Of a DNA stretch of 64,000 nucleotides, positions 60,301-64,000 are shown piece after piece. This stretch comes from Klebsormidium nitens. Taxonomy: Eukaryota > Plantae > Klebsormidiophyceae. The notes below the pieces were generated by a model. That model saw nothing but the letters and a program-made list of their open reading frames with translations. It ran no database searches and was not told where the DNA came from. The translations under genes and the position numbers were made by a program. How positions within the stretch are numbered: the stretch's first letter is position 1; each line of letters opens with the position of its first letter. Where the stretch lies: positions 62,001 through 126,000 of the forward strand of contig DF237117.1 of assembly GCA_000708835.1 (NCBI GenBank), written 5' to 3'.

Positions 60301-63300
60301 CGGCGCGAAGTCAATAAAACCGGGCGGAAGGACTGTGAAAACGGCCGGCGCAGCGGCCAAAGGGATCCCCGAAGTTCTGCCCGGTGATAACGAACCGGTC
60401 GTGCACAGCCCCTCGGGGGAACCGTTAACCCTGCTCGCGGTTAATGAGACGCACGTAATCTACGGCGGTTCAAGGCGGGGTTTGGAGGTGAAAGAGCTGA
60501 GAGCGTTTGCGGGTCCCTTGCAGCCGGCAAGCATGGAGCTAAGCCCGGTTAAGAGTTTCAAACGGCAGAGCGGGTTAGTGGTTCAGGTGTCCGGGAGGCA
60601 GAGCCCAGATACGGTTAAGGGCTTAACCAAGGGTTTCGAGCCTTTGGTAGACGAGGAACGCTTCATCGACCTGGACGGTTTGGCGCCGGTTAGCCTAATT
60701 CAGAACCCGAGCCAAGCCCAACAGATGCTCGTGGTGACGTCAGACGGGACCGTGCACACGTGTGACGTCTCTTCACCTGACTCCAAGTCGCAGTCTGCTG
60801 ACGTGTCCCGCTTCCAGCGCACTGATTCTCGATCCAGCAACTTGTCTCTCCAAAGCTCGAGTATCGATGAGAACGCGGTCCCCAGAAAAAAGGAGATCGC
60901 GGGTGCGACCGTGCATCCGCAGTCAAGCTTCCACTTCGGGGGGTTGAGCGGCCTAGCAGTTCTGACCCCCCTGAAGCTGCTCGTGACTGCCGGGGGGAAG
61001 GACAAGGCGCTGAGTTTCTGGGGGATGGAGAGGGGGAACTTTGTCGCGAGAAAGGGGCTCACCGCTAAGGTCACGTGCCTCCAGGCTTGCGAATCAAAGG
61101 TAAGTGCACGTTTGTGGATTAGTAATTTAACTCCTGATTGGATTATATGATTGAAGGAAGTCGAGGGTCTGGCTTGACTTCCAAAGACCCGTCGATAGAT
61201 GAGCCGGCGGCTGCTTTAGAAGTATGAATGAAGCAGAAGGAAGAGCAATTCGATGCAGAAGAGATGGAAAGGACAGAGCGTAACGGCAACGCTTACACTG
61301 CCAGAGCGGCGAAAGTTGAGGCCACACCAATTCGTCAAGAAAGCTGTGTCGTCCTGCCATACACAGGGACCCTTGAATCTTGACGGTCAGAAATCGTTCG
61401 GGTGGAACTTTTCCGTGGCTTTTTCCAAGTAGCACGCTGCTGGTCGCGAGGCGCGCAGTGAAAGGTAGATTTGTATGTGCGAAGCATTGCACGAAGAAGC
61501 AAAGCGACATGATAAGTCCCAAACCCAGCGTTGTCTCTCTTATCCCAAAGGGAGCGTTGTTTCTCCTGTCCCTCCAGAATCTTCTCGCGTGGGGGAGCGA
61601 TTGCGGCGTTGTCCGAATCCTGCACGTCGACGCAACAACCGAATTCGTCACCACCTTCCGTCAGAGGCTCCACGTGGCACCCGTCCATAGGCTGCGCTTC
61701 AGCGCGAGCGGCGCGTTCCTCGCGTCGCAGAGCGCCGACGGGCGTATCGTCTTCTCTTACTCCGGACACGGCTGGGACTTAAACCCAATCGGTTACTTTA
61801 ACCTAACCGAAGATGTTCTAGACTTCCGGTGGTCTCCAAGGGAGTCCACCGAGGGCACGCTTTTCCTCTCGCTCGTTACCGGGGAAATCGTACGGCTAGA
61901 GGTCCCCGAGACTGCTTCACCCTCTGGCGAACGTTTGTTCGGAAACGCAGACCTGAAACGCGCGAGCTTCAACGTGGACGAACCCGTGCTGAGCTTCGAG
62001 ATCGTTCCGGCGAACAAAACGGCGGGAGTTAACGAGGCCCTGTTGGTTGGCATGACGGCCGACAAGAGCATACGGCACTACACTCTCCCGGATGGAACCG
62101 GGGACTGGACGGGGCCCGGGGGAAGGCCGAGGGCCCCGGTGTTTGAGCGGTCGGCGCACGCCAAGCCCGGGGGGGCGCTAGGTTAGCGCTCGTTCTTTGC
62201 TAACCCAAAGTATCCGGTGTTAAGAATTTCGTCTCCTTCTCCTCTACCTTCTTCTCCTTCATGGACATACCTGAGTCTCGACTGTGCGGACTTTTCCTTC
62301 TTGTCTTCTCCAATCAGCCGGGCATCCTGAAGCGTGACATGTTCTGTTCTGAATGCTACCTGATTCAAGAATCTTTTGTCAACAGCTTCCTTACAATGAG
62401 ATGAACGCTGTTAGAGCTACAGGCTGTCCCGCCGAGTTTGTTTGCACGTCGTTCCGCTGACGCAATGTGACCACCATGAGAGCCGCGGACCGCGCCTTGC
62501 AGTTTCGGACGAGTTACGAAACGTTCTGTCCCTTGACCTAGACCTTTTGTAAGACCCATCGATCCCAGCACGTAAACACAGTTTAATGTTTTGAATCTGC
62601 ACGCCTTTCCGCCGGAAAAAAAGTGACGCTCCCTGAAGCAGCGACCGGCGCCCTGCAGTTCTGCTCGACAGTACATGTCAAATCTGTTGCTTTTATCTCG
62701 TTGATCAGTGAGCAGTTCTCTGGATCTGAGTGTAGAACTTTGATTCCGATCACAGGTCTTTCTGCCGACGGAAAAGTGACGGTCACCGGCGCCGCGGACG
62801 GCGCCCTGCAGCTCCGCCCGACGTTGCGCGACATTCCGTCGCAGGACGCCGGCGAGCTGCAGCTGCACGACGCCTATTCCGGCGGAATCCGCCACGTTGC
62901 AGTCTCGTCCGGAAGAGTGTTCACCGCTGGCGCGGACGGAGTGGTGAGTATCCCTATGGCGGAATAGCCTGGGAAACGCAAGGACTCCGCAAATGAGTTG
63001 ACATTCGGTCCAACGACTGTTGAGTTTGGGGGCTGGCATAAGTTTGTTTCATTCCTCATCTCTTTCTTCCTTTACGTGCATGGTGCATATCCTTCGAACG
63101 TGGTTCATTGCTTTACCATTTTCTTGAAGCTGGATCAGGAAGCTTATTCCGAAAGCCAATAAAAGCTGTCCAAGTAGTGCATTGCACGCTGAATGTTTCT
63201 GCTGGCATCTCGTTTCCATTTCTTGCTGCGTCTTTCGCCATTTGCTCGCTACTTACTTCGGTTGATCTGAAAGCTCCTCTATTGCTTCTTCATGATGATT

Positions 63301-63812
63301 GAAACGAACATGATGATTGAAACGAAACGCATTTATATCTTAGAAAAAAGCAAAAGGAACTCTTAGGCTCTAATGAGAGTTCGGTTCGTGCTCTGTCGGG
63401 TCTGAGATTGTACGAGATCCGAATGATCTCCCTTCTGATGATCTTTCGCCGCGATTCGTCGGCAGGTGTTTGTTTGCGACGCCGTGGACGCCGGAATCGT
63501 CCGAACGGACGGCCGGAAGGAGCGGCGGAGCACCCGAAACCGGAACCCTCCCAACCCCGGGGAGCTGGCAGACGTCAACGCGCCCGACAGCCCGACGGAA
63601 CCGGACTTTGCCGCGGCCGGAACGGAACCAGAACTGCCTCTGACGCCGAAAATGGTGGAGGTGAAAAAAGTAGCGAACGAACCGGTTGAGGAAAGTGAGT
63701 GTGATTACAGCGAAGGGGATGCGGTCAGGAGGAAAGTAGACGAGCTCCGGAGGCGGTTCCGGGAGTGCGAGGAGCGGAACGAGAACGCACCGGAAGAGGA
63801 ACAGCTGCCACG
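57337..63812 (+). CDS. CFAP43: Cilia- and flagella-associated WD40 protein, CFAP43/FAP43-like (5' part; gene continues beyond the window)
   Basis: Exons 57337-57356 (tentative), 58130-58238, 58572-58722 (GC donor), 59050-59291, 59948-61099, 61578-62181, 62756-62943, 63466-63812 are phase-consistent. Peptides VAYAEKGLNPCIFVH, LLAASGVPDFELTVHD, VSFNPRNDMQFC and LWTLERS resemble the CFAP43 N-terminus as I recall it. WD-like repeats follow. Confidence 0.7.
62425..62755 (+). repeat. Echoes of CFAP43 exon 7 5' end (2 copies)
   Basis: CTTTCCGCCGGAAAAAAAGTGACG..GGCGCCCTGCAG at ~62603 and a decayed copy at ~62425-62505, vs real GTCTTTCTGCCGACGGAAAAGTGACG..GGCGCCCTGCAG at 62756. Confidence 0.7.
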
Positions 63813-64000
63813 GTAGGCTCCATTCAGATTGGAATGCCCCACCCGATGCCAGACATACGTATCCTACCTGAGCAGCACTGTTTCAGGCATCCAAATTTTG
63901 CCTTGAAAGATGCAGTGAGGAAATTATCACAGCAACCTAAAATCTCACTCATTTATTGAAAGACACAATGGGTTTACGGTTGTTAAAGTCTGCAATGCGG

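Noticed and set aside
1-64000. tRNA, rRNA or snRNA genes
   Set aside because: I recognised no cloverleaf or conserved RNA motif by eye; a covariance-model scan could still find small RNAs.

Overview
Eukaryotic, intron-rich nuclear DNA with GC-rich exons and GT/GC-AG introns. The mix of plant-type APC8, an MMD1/DYAD-like winged-helix domain and flagellar genes suggests a flagellate-stage streptophyte (charophyte) alga such as Klebsormidium; this is an inference, and no database search was run. I assembled six spliced genes by hand with phase-consistent exons: a CBS-less ClC-family channel/transporter (+, 4988-13818); a winged-helix + ARID + ELM2 + SANT chromatin protein (-, 15620-21250); APC8/CDC23 (+, 22384-33767); an animal-type three-domain 10-formyltetrahydrofolate dehydrogenase ALDH1L (-, 39455-51404); B9D1 (-, 52911-56356); and the 5' part of CFAP43 (+, about 57337 to beyond the window end). 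A decayed duplicate of APC8 exons 11-12 and an orphan intronless ORF lie between APC8 and ALDH1L. The most striking unexplained structure is in the introns of four genes. They contain tandem 'echo' copies of exon edges: acceptor plus exon 5' part upstream of an exon, or exon 3' part plus donor downstream. Units are about 95-205 bp, and the intact exon is always at the inner end of the array. Many echoes differ from the real exon almost only at synonymous positions (for example 18 synonymous vs 2 non-synonymous codons in 32; 9 vs 0 in 29; 8 vs 0 in 27; 7 vs 0 in 27). Ordinary neutral decay of a dead copy does not predict this pattern.
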